In this document: positions 11,427 through 25,782 of the stretch, in pieces
Layout of the letters: each line of letters starts with the position of its first letter
Position numbering within the stretch: the first letter of the stretch is position 1
Assembly: GCF_001194135.2 (NCBI RefSeq)
Contig: NC_068983.1
Span: forward strand, 111,078,595-111,142,594
DNA: 64,000 nt
Direction of reading: 5' to 3'
Origin: Octopus bimaculoides
Lineage: Eukaryota
The notes under the pieces: generated by a model
What the model saw: only the letters and a program-made list of their open reading frames with translations
Databases searched by the model: none
Told to the model about the DNA's origin: nothing
Position numbers and translations under genes: made by a program

Positions 11427-12547
11427 ATACGGAGACAAGGAGAAAAACACGGAGAAAAAAAATTGAATAGTGTTCAGTCAACGGTCAATCATAATAATGG
11501 CCGATCATAACAATGTCTGACCGGAAGTTNNNNNNNNNNNNNNNNNNNNNNNNNNNNNNNNNNNNNNNNNNNNNNNNNNNNNNNNNNNNNNNNNNNNNNN
11601 NNNNNNNNNNNNNNNNNNNNNNNNNNNNNNNNNNNNNNNNNNNNNNNNNNNNNNNNNNNNNNNNNNNNNNNNNNNNNNNNNNNNNNNNNNNNNNNNNNNN
11701 NNNNNNNNNNNNNNNNNNNNNNNNNNNNNNNNNNNNNNNNNNNNNNNNNNNNNNNNNNNNNNNNNNNNNNNNNNNNNNNNNNNNNNNNNNNNNNNNNNNN
11801 NNNNNNNNNNNNNNNNNNNNNNNNNNNNNNNNNNNNNNNNNNNNNNNNNNNNNNNNNNNNNNNNNNNNNNNNNNNNNNNNNNNNNNNNNNNNNNNNNNNN
11901 NNNNNNNNNNNNNNNNNNNNNNNNNNNNNNNNNNNNNNNNNNNNNNNNNNNNNNNNNNNNNNNNNNNNNNNNNNNNNNNNNNNNNNNNNNNNNNNNNNNN
12001 NNNNNNNNNNNNNNNNNNNNNNNNNNNNNNNNNNNNNNNNNNNNNNNNNNNNNNNNNNNNNNNNNNNNNNNNNNNNNNNNNNNNNNNNNNNNNNNNNNNN
12101 NNNNNNNNNNNNNNNNNNNNNNNNNNNNNNNNNNNNNNNNNNNNNNNNNNNNNNNNNNNNNNNNNNNNNNNNNNNNNATATATATATATATATATATAAA
12201 GATGGATAGATAGATAGATAGATATAGATTGGATGTGTATATTATGAAATATCTTGTATTCTCTTATTGCTTTAATACATCGAATTATGACCGACAATAT
12301 TCATCATCACTTATACCGTGCAAGCCCCAGTTTTATGTGCTTTGTAAATTTCGGTTTTTGAAATATTTACCACTTAGTTCCCTGCAGTTCGTTTTGAACA
12401 GTTCTTAGTCCCTCTCTTCTTAATGTTTCTATACATTTTTCTAAAGAACTATATTGCCACCTCTTAAATATAAGAAGTTTACATATTACTGTTCGCTTCT
12501 GAATGTCCCAGCGTTTGGTATATGGTAACTAGTTAATTTTATCTGCA

Positions 12548-12890
12548 TTCTACTATAGCCTTGGTCCGACTAAAACCCTGTGAGCGGATTTGGTAGACGG
12601 AAACTGAAAGAAGCCCGTCGTAGATATCTATATATATAAGTGTGTGTGTGTGTTTGTGTGTGCCTGTGTGTATGTATGTGTTTGTGTGTCTATGTTTGTC
12701 CCCCAACATTGCTTGACAACCGATGCTGGTGCGTTGACGTCCTCGTAACTTAGCGGTTCGGCAAGAGAAGACGTTATAATAAGTACTAGGCATACAAAGA
12801 ATAAGTCCTAGCGGCGATATTCTCGAGTAAAGGCGTTGCTCCGTCTTGGCCACAGTCAACGGACTGAAACAAATAAAAGTAAAAGTAAAG
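12548..12890 (+). mobile_element. Family A SINE, 5'-truncated copy
   Basis: Colinear with 4290-4613: TACTATAGCC…GGATTTGGTAGACGGAAACTGAAAGAAGCC, microsatellite, TAACTTAGCGGTTCGGCAA…GACTGAAACAAATAAAAG. Confidence 0.85.
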
Positions 12891-14355
12891 TATAAACACT
12901 TATACTTATAAAAGAAATTTTATTCCTCAAAATTTGAAGATACAATAATATTTTTTTTCTTTCAATGGGCAGACCTGAAAGTGTCTAATAATGCTGTTCA
13001 GAAAAAAAATGGTGGGGCAGGTGGCAATTTTTGCATTTTCAAAATCATTTTCATATTAGCCAGTGCAACGAAACCCTGTCCAGATAACATTATCTTATTT
13101 TTAGAATTTAAGAAAAATCATGTGAAATTTAAAAAAAAACACAATGCAAAAGTCTTATTTTAATTCAAGCATCAAAAATTTAAAATAATTCAAATATTTT
13201 TAAACTAAAGAATATTAATTAGCTTTATTCCTTTGTCTCGAAAAACGTGGATGACAATGAGAAATGTGGGTGCATGCACATTAATATTCTTAAGTTATTA
13301 CACCTTGAAAAGTACAGATTTCTACAGTAGAATTTTCCTAATCTGACGCTTCTAAAAGAAACTAAAATTTACTTGAAATTAAAATTTTACTGTACTTAAA
13401 ATATTACAGCCGAGAATAACATTTAAAATATTAAGATACATTATATTAAGTAAATTTGAGATTATTTATTTTGCTTATTTTGAGATTCTAAAAAACAAGT
13501 AAATCTTTAAAAACATGGTACAAAAATAATCAGAAATAAATTTAAACAAATTTTTTTTTAAATCATATCTTTTGAAATATACTATTAAAATAGTAAAATT
13601 ATTTTGTTGTATCAATTCAAACAATCAAAATATGAAGTTGTAAATAATATCGCATAAGATTTTTTTTTACTTCAAAATCTTATAACAAGAATAAAAAAAG
13701 AGAAAATCGATTGCAGCATAATGGTCATTAAATGGTTTCAAATTAACCATATGCAAAGACAATTCTTCCGCATTAAAAAAAACAACAACATTAATTTGAC
13801 AAATAAATCATAAGTAAAATTTATTAGTTAGCATTAATACAATAAAATTAGCCTAATTCGTCTGTGGCTTATTCATTACTTCACATAATTCGTCACTTTT
13901 TAGATTTCTCCCAGGGATGAATAATTAGGCGAATTCTACTGTATTTTTAAAAATTGATTATATTCTATTTCATTTAAAAAATACTGCTTTTTCCAAAAAT
14001 AACCCCATGGGGTTAAATAAAGACTTAATAATTTTGCTTCAATAATTTTTTCTGAAAAATGATCACAATTACTAGGGTTATACATGAAAAAGAGTTTCTG
14101 AATATAAGCCTATAGACTTAAATTCGGATGGCCTTACTTCTGGAAAAAGTCAGTAATGCTTTTATAATTTTAGTTTTAATAAAATATAGTAAATTTTAAA
14201 ACTGTTATTCTCGGTTGCAATATTTAAAGTACTTCTTAGATTCCTTTAGAGGTAACGAATTAGGTAAATTCTACTGTTGAAATCTTGCTCTGTACTTCTA
14301 CTGGTGTAATAACTTAACACTATTAACATGCATGCGCCCGCATATTTCATTGTAA

Positions 14356-14480
<125 letters not shown>

Positions 14481-14642
14481 TAAAAAATAACGTCGACCAC
14501 TAACCTGGACAATTAATGCGCTAGAAACACATCACATATTGTGTCTATTAAGACCTAAATTATTCTCAACATGAAATATAGCAGAATACCAACAACGTGA
14601 GCGGGCAAGACATTTAAAATCACCTAAAAAAGCATTATTAAA

Positions 14643-14700
14643 CAGGAACTAGTTTCGGATTTAACAAATTCTTACCATTTGTCTATTCCTCATCAGCCTG
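14643..14700 (-). ncRNA. Type I hammerhead ribozyme motif, canonical core, GUU triplet
   Basis: Minus strand: CAGG-CUGAUGA-GGA[AUAG ACAAAU GGUAAGA AUUUGU UAAA]UCC-GAA-ACUAGU-U-CCUG. Stem I CAGG/CCUG, stem II GGA/UCC plus ACAAAU/AUUUGU, palindromic stem III ACUAGU. Predicted cut between 14647 and 14646. Confidence 0.7.
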
Positions 14701-16004
14701 ATTTGTAATGAACCGTAATCATCAGAATCGTATACAGAGTTGCCCACCGCCATGGGTGCGCGTGCATATGGTTCTGCTAATTACAACTTAATGGTAAAAT
14801 TCAAAAGTCTTCGTTTTGGCGCGCTAATTCCAGGAATATATCCGCAGAAAATATTTACTGCGTCTTATATATTCAGTATGAGAACATGGGCAATGGTTAA
14901 AATATTATTATAAAATCTGGTAATTAGTCNNNNNNNNNNNNNNNNNNNNNNNNNNNNNNNNNNNNNNNNNNNNNNNNNNNNNNNNNNNNNNNNNNNNNNN
15001 NNNNNNNNNNNNNNNNNNNNNNNNNNNNNNNNNNNNNNNNNNNNNNNNNNNNNNNNNNNNNNNNNNNNNNNNNNNNNNNNNNNNNNNNNNNNNNNNNNNN
15101 NNNNNNNNNNNNNNNNNNNNNNNNNNNNNNNNNNNNNNNNNNNNNNNNNNNNNNNNNNNNNNNNNNNNNNNNNNNNNNNNNNNNNNNNNNNNNNNNNNNN
15201 NNNNNNNNNNNNNNNNNNNNNNNNNNNNNNNNNNNNNNNNNNNNNNNNNNNNNNNNNNNNNNNNNNNNNNNNNNNNNNNNNNNNNNNNNNNNNNNNNNNN
15301 NNNNNNNNNNNNNNNNNNNNNNNNNNNNNNNNNNNNNNNNNNNNNNNNNNNNNNNNNNNNNNNNNNNNNNNNNNNNNNNNNNNNNNNNNNNNNNNNNNNN
15401 NNNNNNNNNNNNNNNNNNATATATATAATTGTAACGCGTAGTTTAGTGTTTATGGTTTTGGTTGTAGTTTACATTCCTAGACGTTTTTATTGAGGAAAAC
15501 TCTTCATATCACGTTGATCCTGTCTGTTCCGATCAGAATGCTTGAGGCTAACCTTGTAGATAGATTGGCATCTGCTCAAAAGAAAGTGTTGTAACTTTTG
15601 GTTACATATATGCAGCGAAAAACAAAACGAGTTCCCGTATAATGAACCTGTAAGACTATAACAGTCCTTAGAATATAATGAAATTGAATATTATATATAC
15701 AAATATATACGAACATGCGTGTGTGTATGTGTGTATGTGTGCATGAATGTTTATATGTATGTATATATGCTTGCATGCTTGTATGTATATTTGTATGTAT
15801 ATGTATATGTCTGTGTTAAAGTACTATAGCAGTAATACAAAACCGATGTAAATGAAAGATATAAGAAAATGACATAGACAATATAGAAACTAATTGACAT
15901 TAAATGACTTGTTGAGTTAGGTTTAAATAATTGACCATATCGACAGATAAACTGACATAGATGGATGAATATTTAGGTAGTTGTATACAGGTAGAAAGAC
16001 AGAC

Positions 16005-16016
16005 ATACAGACAGAC

Positions 16017-16076
<60 letters not shown>
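16005..16076. repeat. (GACA)n(GATA)n microsatellite
   Basis: Direct reading of the tetranucleotide tract. Confidence 0.95.
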
Positions 16077-19000
16077 GCGGAATTAAAATAAATATAATCT
16101 TATGCCAATAGGAATTACTGAATCTGCACGTGAAGCTTTAATTACAATCTTCAACGGCTGTAATTTATTATCTCTACAGAAAGTAAATTGTCGTTAGTTC
16201 AAATTTTAGTAAATTCAAACCTGACTTTGATTTGTTTCTCACACATGAATTTCTAAAACAGTATTCTCAACATGGATGACAACCTGAAAATGTCGCTGCA
16301 CTACCAGTAGCTTTTGAGACTTCCAGAATCTTTGTGCAATAGCTATTTGATTTTACACAGCATGTAGTGACATTCAAATAAAAACTAATATCATTTGTAA
16401 CTCTAAACGAACTGCGTTTCCTCAGATATCTTCGAAATTATATCCGATTGGACTGCCTACAATGATGCTTTAACTGATTCAGAATACTTTCTTCTCCTTT
16501 CCTTGCTCAACATGACACAAAGTCCTTGTCTCCATCATTCACCTAGGCACATAGAAGAATACCAAAAGTCTAAATAAATTCCTTATAGTAATTAATAGCG
16601 AAAGCATCACAGCTGATATATGCAGAGGGGAAGATATTCGGAATTAATGTAAAATGAAATGTTGTAGACTGCTGTGGAACCAGAATATGGAAAAATAAAA
16701 CACTAAATTCGATGCAGATCAGGTTCATACTTTCAAAATAGGCTCAAAATATTCTCAGATCTCTGATTAAATAGTGAAGTTGCTGGAGGATAAATTTAGA
16801 ATTCTGAAGAAAATCAGATCAGATCACTGGGCTTCACACTTGAAGCTGCGACTCGTCAAAGTTAAAAATGTTATTTCTGCAGGAATTTTACTTGACATAA
16901 TCGTAGCAAATGTCCAATTCACCATAAATCCAGTTTCATCTTTCAGGAAAAATGTTTATGTTTGATGATATGCAGATTTTCGAGTGATTAACGCTTCTAA
17001 TCTCCTCGACACTTGCCTATTTACATTCTGCATCCAAAAGTGCATCATTGAGATGACTGCTCATGCAACTTCTCTAAAACGGCTCGTTGATACGAGTTGT
17101 TTCGAATGATATGATTAATTGTGCATGATGTAAGGTTGCCAGCTAAAGTTTATACGTGTATGCTAGGGATGAAGACAGAGGAATTGTCAATGTCAGTCAG
17201 TAATTACTGAGTAACAGAATTAAAAGTAAAAGCATGTCCATATTTTCACATACTCGTACTGCTACATGACTGAGCAGTCGTTATTCATGCTATACCTTTC
17301 TGGATGAGCATTTCTCTTTTAAAGTAGGATTCGGTGATCCCCGATCAGATTTTGGGATTCGTTCTTGAATCTTGAATTTCCTTTCCATTTATGTCGCCGG
17401 ATATTAACCGTCTAATTACAAAAGTTGAACCGTCTGCTGCCAATTCATTCAATCGGAAGTAAAAAATGCTCCCCGACAATATTGAATTAAATAACTTACA
17501 CTATCATTAGAAATAGTCATTAATGGTAATTACAAAGGACGTTTAGTAGCTGAATACTCTGAAACTACTAGTAACTTTATGCTCTCACCGTTCTAATACC
17601 TTCTCGCAACAGATTTAGAATCGTCATCTCATGTTGTATGTATCAATGTGCTGCTTTGCATTATAGTGATAAAGGATTTAGCACTTTTAAGACAAGTGAT
17701 TAACTGCTTTGTTTTAAACGCCGCAATTTCACTCCTACCAAAATTATTGTATGTTTCCAGTAAATTCTAAACCATCTTAAAATGCATTATTTCTAAGCAA
17801 GTACACTTATTTAGGCGACGTCACTATACGGTAAACTAAAGAAGAACATGATTAATCGCAGTATTTCAGCGTTGTTTTTTTAATCGGATGTGGGTGTAAA
17901 AAATAGCGAAAAATGTACATTTTCACTTAAATCTAACAGTATTCTCGGTTATCAAATTACATATAACAAATTGTGTTCTAACCTCCATTTTTAATTTCAC
18001 TTAAACACATGTGCCTGGTAATAAACTACTTTTATATTGTATGATAACTTTGTTTACTTATTAATGCAAATGCTTTCATTGTCAATGGTCAGTTTCCTGT
18101 TCGAAGGAAATTAATGACTCGGTTAATGTCCCAAAACAACTATCATAGAGTCCGCCAGGACTAACGTAGCCGAAAATGTGCCATTTTATCTCGAAACGAA
18201 CAATCCTCTGAGTCCTATCACGATTACACTTATCAAAGTGGTAACCATGTGGAGTTATTTCTTCGATGCATCGTCAGGAAAACAGATAAAAGATAAAACG
18301 TATAAATCAGAGAGATACCGTGTGAGTGAGATGTCTATTGGTGATATGTCATGTAAGAATACTGAACTGTTTCCAACTTATTCACAGCGTTAATATTTTT
18401 GTAGAGAACGGGCTGGCAATTGACTAGGTATTTAACTGATGGTTATTTTACCAGACCGGAAGGTATGAAATGCAATTTTAGCATCGACAAGATTTGAACT
18501 CCAAACATAAAAGAGAGGAAAAATACCACAGATTATTTCAGTGTAGAAATAATTGCATTAGTTATGAGAAAAGGAATGCTAATGAAGTATCAACAATTTG
18601 GGGGACTCGAACCATTGGGCATTTCGTTGACTGAGACATGTGAAGTGTTTAACTCAACCGTCTAGCAGCTTCTGAAAGGCCGGGAGTAAAGCATGTCAAG
18701 TAAATGACATGAAAGTGGCGGGCGGGCGGAATCCCTATGTTGAAGTGGCTTTGAGTCCGAATGAATGAAAATGTTGCACTGTATGTGACTGTGTGTCGAA
18801 CAACTGTGACGAATCTGTAGTCGCATGACTTCTAGATAGATGCAGGGATGGTTATAATCTCTTAAAGGTTGGATATGAGGTTAGATATAGATATAGAGAG
18901 AAATAGTATATGCGGTCTACGTGAGAATAAAATGTGATGTATGAGATCTGAGTCGGAAAGAGCTCGGATGTTTACGAAAAAACGAGAGAATCGTCTAAGG

Positions 19001-19149
19001 GATTGGGATTTATTTTCTCGCATTATGGAGAAGCGCAGAGAGTAACGGCATATAGACATTTCATCCGGAGATCTAGTCAAGGTGGGGTGAGCGGACACGA
19101 CTACAAAATAATTTAAATTGATAAAATTCTTAGGTAGCGTAACTAAATC

Positions 19150-19480
19150 GGGTGTAAAGAAATTTTAGCATGATTTCTATGTGAATCCTGGGGTAACATT
19201 GACACCGGCATTGCAACAAATGAAAGCATTCTAAATGTATCTTCTTTAGTGTCGAACATATCCAAACTGCAATGCAGACGTCCTGGCCAGTGAAGTTTCA
19301 AGAAAAAATATTTATGAGGAGACTACGGATATGGCACATTGAGATGGATATAAGGAAATAAATCAAGATATAGATTGGTTACTTGAATCTCAGAGCAAAG
19401 AAATATTTGAGAACCTCATGAACATAGGAAAACATCGTAATGAAGAAGCTGATAAATATTTGGATGTAGAACCATGAAAT
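19150..19480 (+). mobile_element. Possible Tigger/pogo transposase C-terminal remnant
   Basis: …LCESWGNI…; NADVLASEVSRKNIYEE…DGYKEINQDIDWLLESQSKEIFENLMNIGKHRNEE resembles the acidic Tigger tail (GF….D..ELLESH.EEL..E.L.E). Heavily decayed. Confidence 0.4.
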
Positions 19481-19629
19481 ATTCTAATGCGTAAGCTGAA
19501 TGTGAATTTTTTCCAGTTGTTGCATAAAAATATACTCCAAGAAAAAGAAGCTCAAAAACAAATAGGTTAATAATGATTTCAAATATTGAAATAAGGCCTG
19601 GAGCTTTTTATGGTGAAGTGAGAAATGTT

Positions 19630-19772
19630 GATCACATCGATCCCAGTAATTTACTGGTACGTTTTTTATCAATGAAATGCAAAGTCGACCTTGGTAGAAT
19701 TTGGATTCGGAAAGTAAAAACGAACGAGTAGCTGCTTAGTAGTTTGTGTGCTAAGGATTTTTACCAGCTCAC
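19630..19772 (-). mobile_element. Decayed SINE of family B (Nin-domain-like)
   Basis: Contains ACATCGATCCCAG…ACTGGTAC…GCAAAGTCGACCT..G.AGAATTTG, colinear with 36970-37139. Confidence 0.55.
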
Positions 19773-22479
19773 GAATTTCATACCGTTTAATAAAGAGTTC
19801 GCACAAATACAACAAGAAATTCTACGAAGAGAAAAATAATAATCGGCGAAACAAATGCTTGGAAATTTCTTTTAAGTAAATAAATAGCTTAGTCATTTGT
19901 ATTCATCTTTCGTAAATGTATATACATTACGCACATTTCAATGTTTAATGCTCGAAGTCTTCATTTAAGAGTTTGTTGATGTTTTTCTGAGTTGGAAGCG
20001 AGAATTATACCGTGGGAATATACTGATGGGAACGTAACTATTATTTATATCATTAAACCTATGATAAAATTGATTTCGCTTTCTATCATTTCCCTTAAAG
20101 GTGCACTTCTCAAGCCCCTTTCAACGACGTGAAGTGAGAACTGACAATATATGTATATATATATATATANNNNNNNNNNNNNNNNNNNNNNNNNNNNNNN
20201 NNNNNNNNNNNNNNNNNNNNNNNNNNNNNNNNNNNNNNNNNNNNNNNNNNNNNNNNNNNNNNNNNNNNNNNNNNNNNNNNNNNNNNNNNNNNNNNNNNNN
20301 NNNNNNNNNNNNNNNNNNNNNNNNNNNNNNNNNNNNNNNNNNNNNNNNNNNNNNNNNNNNNNNNNNNNNNNNNNNNNNNNNNNNNNNNNNNNNNNNNNNN
20401 NNNNNNNNNNNNNNNNNNNNNNNNNNNNNNNNNNNNNNNNNNNNNNNNNNNNNNNNNNNNNNNNNNNNNNNNNNNNNNNNNNNNNNNNNNNNNNNNNNNN
20501 NNNNNNNNNNNNNNNNNNNNNNNNNNNNNNNNNNNNNNNNNNNNNNNNNNNNNNNNNNNNNNNNNNNNNNNNNNNNNNNNNNNNNNNNNNNNNNNNNNNN
20601 NNNNNNNNNNNNNNNNNNNNNNNNNNNNNNNNNNNNNNNNNNNNNNNNNNNNNNNNNNNNNNNNNNNNNNNNNNNNNNNNNNNNNNNNNNNNNNNNNNNN
20701 NNNNNNNNNNNNNNNNNNNNNNNNNNNNNNNNNNNNNNNNNNNNNNNNNNNNNNNNNNNNNNNNNNNNNNNNNNTATATATATATATATATATGTGAGTG
20801 TGTGTGTGTGTGTGTGTATATGTATATATATATATATATATATACACGTATATATGCGTGTGTGTGTGTATGCATGTGTATGTATGCGTGTATACATATA
20901 TATGTACACGTGCATACATAAATATATAGGTATGTGTGCGCGCGCGTATATGTGTGTAGGTGGATGGGAGAATGAATGAGAGGGAATGGTCGAATGCATT
21001 ATGACGTTAGGAAGTAATTCAGTGGAAATATTAAGTGGAGTGACACTACACCATCAACACCAGTACTTACTGACATACATCAATTTTAAGGTTGACATGA
21101 GTTGATAACTGGTTAACTGAATCAGTTATGTCTCAGAAGATTCTCAGATATAATAAAGTAGTTTGGAAAAATTAGTTTCTCGGTTTTCTTTTGTTAAAAG
21201 CTTCTTTATGAAAATGGGAAAAAAATGAAAATCTCGGTGAAGATGTGATCCAATTCTATTTGAACAAAGGATTAATTTGTTAACGGTATGTCACGTAGTT
21301 AGTAACTATATTATTTACCTTCTTCATACTTATGTAATCATTGATCCACATCAGTTTACCGTATTTTCAAATCATACTTGACGAGTTGTTACCTCAATTT
21401 GACAAGATTCAAAATCATAAACGCATTATTTAACCAATTGTTAACATTACCCAGAGCGGGGTTTTATTGACTGAGTCAGTAGTATGTCAACCTGCAGAGC
21501 AACGGGAACATACGAACAGTTAATATCTTTTCTGTAACTCTGAGCGATTTTGTAAGTCGAGAGAATAACTCGTTTAATGACGCTTACATGTAGCTGTGCA
21601 TTCTATTGCTCTAAGAATGTACAACTTACCTGCGCTTACGGAACTGAAAGCAACCCTTCAAATGGCTTAATGCATATAATCTGCATGAAATGTAGGATTC
21701 TAAATGCACCCCATCATTATATATATACATATAAGTGCCTACATATCAATAAAATCATGCTTAGATATACATACACAAACATACTCATATAAGTGTGTGT
21801 GCACTGGCTATTGTTGGTAATCTAATTATTTTCACGCTGAGACTGCTAAGATTGGCTACACGAATATGAAATTTATGTGAATGCATTGAATTTGAACCTC
21901 AAGTCTATAGTAATTATTTGTTTTCTTTTTGCAATCTTTTCCCCCGTAATTTCAGTTTTAATGCAAAGCTATTATACAAAAAGACTGCGATATTTAGTCT
22001 ATGAAATTCAACTGTTAATTTCCTGTATCATTCATAGATATATCCTATTGCTTGTAGTTATGCTCATATAATTGACCAGAAAAATCATATGCTTTTATTC
22101 GGTACGCCAGAAGGAGAAAATAGCACTATTAACTTTTTTATCATTTATAATATTTGTTTGAGGCACTAAGCGTGCATACCGATTAGACTGCAATCAAAGG
22201 TATACTCAATGATACACACTGCCTTCATATTATTCCTGTAAGAATCGATTCACTATGGAAAGAATTCAAAGACAATTTATTAAAGACGTAACAGTTATAT
22301 TTTTTGTATTAATCGTAAGACAATTGATTGGGAAATATATGTTTGAAATCTAAGTCAAATGCATTTATTAACGATACACATTCATGCAATTTTTTTTTAG
22401 AATACCTAAGTTCAGTATGACAGGTACAGTATTTTAGTTATTGGCATTGCGTGTTCAAGTTCAGCCATATGCGCATTTA

Positions 22480-22684
22480 CGAGGGAGTGCTGAAATGTTC
22501 CTAGCTTTAAGCGTGTTACGAATGGCCCAAACTTCCGAGTTCTTTTCCAGAGCTTAGAAAAACTGAAGGGCTACAGCAATAAGTGTATGAATCTGAGATT
22601 AGAATATGTTGAATAAAATCATAATTAAGTGCTCATGTTCTATTTTCTTTTATCTAAAGTCAAGAAGTTTTCAGCACACCCTCG
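22480..22684 (+). mobile_element. Mariner-derived MITE (205 bp)
   Basis: TA on both sides (22478-79, 22685-86). TIRs CGAGGGAGTGCTGAAATGTTCCTAGCTTTA and (reverse complement) CGAGGGTGTGCTGAAAACTTCTTGACTTTA. Internal …AATAAGTGTATGAATCTGAGATTAGAATATGTTGAATAA (NKCMNLRLEYVE*) resembles a mariner C-terminus. Confidence 0.85.
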
Positions 22685-25516
22685 TATGTGATATGGACAT
22701 AGCGTATTTAGATTTCTTAAAGCGTTAGTAACGTAGTCGTATCTTAACCGAATACTATACTAGATTATGTTATCAATTTCGTTCCCAGAGTTAAGTATTT
22801 GCAAAATTTATTATTATTTAAACGTACGCTCAAAAATTTCAATTATACACTCATAGGAATACAGCGAAGAGAAATACAATAGTATTATCTTATGAGCTAT
22901 TTTATGGAAGTCATTCTAGAGTTAATATTTTGAACGAATGATAAAAATAACGCATAGCAACTTACAAGGAAAAAGAGGGACGTGCAAAACTACTACAAAA
23001 AATATAATTTTCAAACAGGTTTCTCCTAAGACATAATCTTCATTTCTGGCTATGTGGACTGTACACCATCGCAAGAGTCAAATACTTCAAACTAAATACA
23101 ATCTCAAAAGAAGTGCATTTCATACCTTTAAACTTCGATACACTTTATAGTTTTCAAAGAAACCGTTAAATGTCCATGGGTACCAACAGTAAAAGTTTAA
23201 TTTACTTCTCTTACTAAAGTAGTTTGAAATATTGTTTCTCGGTTTCTTTTTGGTTTCTTTCTTGGTTTTGATAATTTCAGTTTTTAAAAAGCTGTAGTCG
23301 ATAACCTATACTTCAATTTATTACGGATTTCTATTGTACTTCTTGAAGGGAAAAATAATGCCACAAAAAAATTGAATCAAGAGCTGGGAAAAAGGAAATT
23401 AAACTCTAGTATATTTAATTTTCTGCTCTACTTCAACGGTCAACTTTTTACACTATACTGTCTGTCTGAAATATTAACATTTTCTTTAGTGCAAATATCG
23501 AACAACTTTCAGTTAACATCGTGGCTAATTTTCTTAAAATATGATACCCTTCAGGAACGAAAATAAAAGGGAGAAACAATACTAAGTCAAAGAACATATT
23601 GAGTAATGTGGTTCATTAAACACCAACCAATTATACTAAAGTTCATATTAGTGGATTTATTCTCAATAATAAAGTTTTTATATATAATCATGAAAGTAGA
23701 GGATGATAAAACGATTATTTTACAACCTGATAGTTAACTGGTATTTATTTCATCAACTCCGGAAATGTGAAAGGTAAATTTGCCCCACTAGTATATAACC
23801 ACAGAAGGTAAAAGGATTGATAAAATAATGACTTAGCAACTATGAAATCCACTTCTCCCTTTTAAAGTGGTTTCAATAATGTCTAGCATTGACACAAACA
23901 ACTGAAAATATTTGACAGAAGAGGGCAGTTGATAAAACTGACACAAGTATTTCACCAGTCTTTATTTTATCGGTCCTAGAAATGATTAAAATCAAAATTG
24001 ACATCGGAAGGACTTTTATTGAGAAACAAATGTAATTAAATACTGCATGAAATTTTGTTCACCGCTTTTCTTTTTTGACCAATCCTTCACCCAATTTTGA
24101 ATACATTAAACAGAAGCAACTTCCAACGAAATATGTCTAGTAAAATTACTTTGAGCAAACGTTCGTATTGAATTCCGAATATATGTTAACGGTGCACACA
24201 TATAAATATAGTAAGCAACCTTATTTAATATCCATCATCTCTAACGTTGATCATCAAACTTCTATTAACCCAGCCTATTTTGTGAAATTGATTTCCTGTA
24301 ATGTCATTTTGTTTGCTCAAATTTGAAGATGCTACACCAACGTAACTAATGTTCTGGGGTAAAATCCTAAAACTTATAATTTTTATTTTATATACATTAA
24401 CTGACTTGAGATTGTAACGAAGTAAAATCGATTTTTTTCTCACATACGTTATGAGACTACTGGAAATACAATGAGATTTAATTATCATCGTATTCTATAT
24501 AGCGAGATATCGACAGGGTTTCAGTTTCACATTAGATAACTGGAATCTTTGTCACACTTGTCATTGTGAACAACATAAGGGTAAGTCATTCCCGACTTTA
24601 AACGTTTTCTTCTACCTCAAACTATGCAACTAAATTTTTAATGACATGGCTGGAGGCTTCAGTAGACCCTTCTGCACATTAAATACAAATGTAGTAAGGT
24701 CTCATATAGATTAAGATAGATTACGATGTAAAATATTAATCAACTGAAAGTATACGAGGAATTAGTGGATGAAAATCCATTTTAGAGTTGCTTAAAATCT
24801 AAAACCAGAAGAAGTGACCGTCTAAGCTCAGTCCATTGAAATGTCTTATAAAATCGCCGAAGCAAATCGGAGTAGATATGGCTTTTAAATCTAACTGGCA
24901 AACGTAGGTTTGCTTTAAGTGCGTGATCCACTCCTGTCTATAGTGTTGAAATAATGATTTTTCGCTACTTTAACTACTGCAGTAGAACACTAGATTACAT
25001 TGTTTACTGTCATGCATATATATTTATTCTAAGCTCGAGTCACAGAGTGACTGAATGTCTTTTACTTCCCCGAGGGAATACCTTCTTCCAGCTACTTCTG
25101 AGTTTCATTAAATCAAGCCCAATACATCTCTGAGCTCATTTCATAAAGTTAACCTGTTGCCATTCTTTCTACATTTATAAGTCAACATCTTTTATTAAAT
25201 ATTGCCTGTGTCTACGGAAAATCGATATTTTTTTCGTCTCGTGTCATACAGAAACCAATAATTTTAGTTCAGGATATATCTTCATGTTTTTCTCCTCTAT
25301 TATTTGCTGTTTCTACATGTTTTCCAACTTTTCCAACCCACGTCATTTGTCTGATTCTGATTTTGCATAGAGAACATCTGGCCCACTTTGCCTCTTCGAA
25401 AACATTATCCTAGGTGACATCAATAAATTGTTCCCCTGTAATACTAGAGCCACAGAAAACGAATCGTGTGCCATCCAGAAGTGCATGTCCCAGTTAGGTT
25501 CGTCACTCAGCAGTAT

Positions 25517-25733
25517 ACTCTTTACTATTTTACTTGTTTCAGTCATTTGACTGCGGCCTTTTAGTCGAGCAAATCGACCCCAGGACTTATTCTTTGTAAG
25601 CCTAGTACTTATTCTATCGGTCTCTTTTTGCCGAAACGCTAAGTTACGGGGACGTAAACACACCAGCCTCGATTGTCAAGTGAAGTTGGGGGGACAAACA
25701 CAGACACACAAACATATACACACACACACACAC

Positions 25734-25782
<49 letters not shown>

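Noticed and set aside
16774-17100. Harbinger-like (LLEDKFRILKK) or CR1-like (MFDDMQIF) fragments
   Set aside because: Single short motifs in AT-rich sequence, mutually inconsistent and unsupported by flanking motifs.
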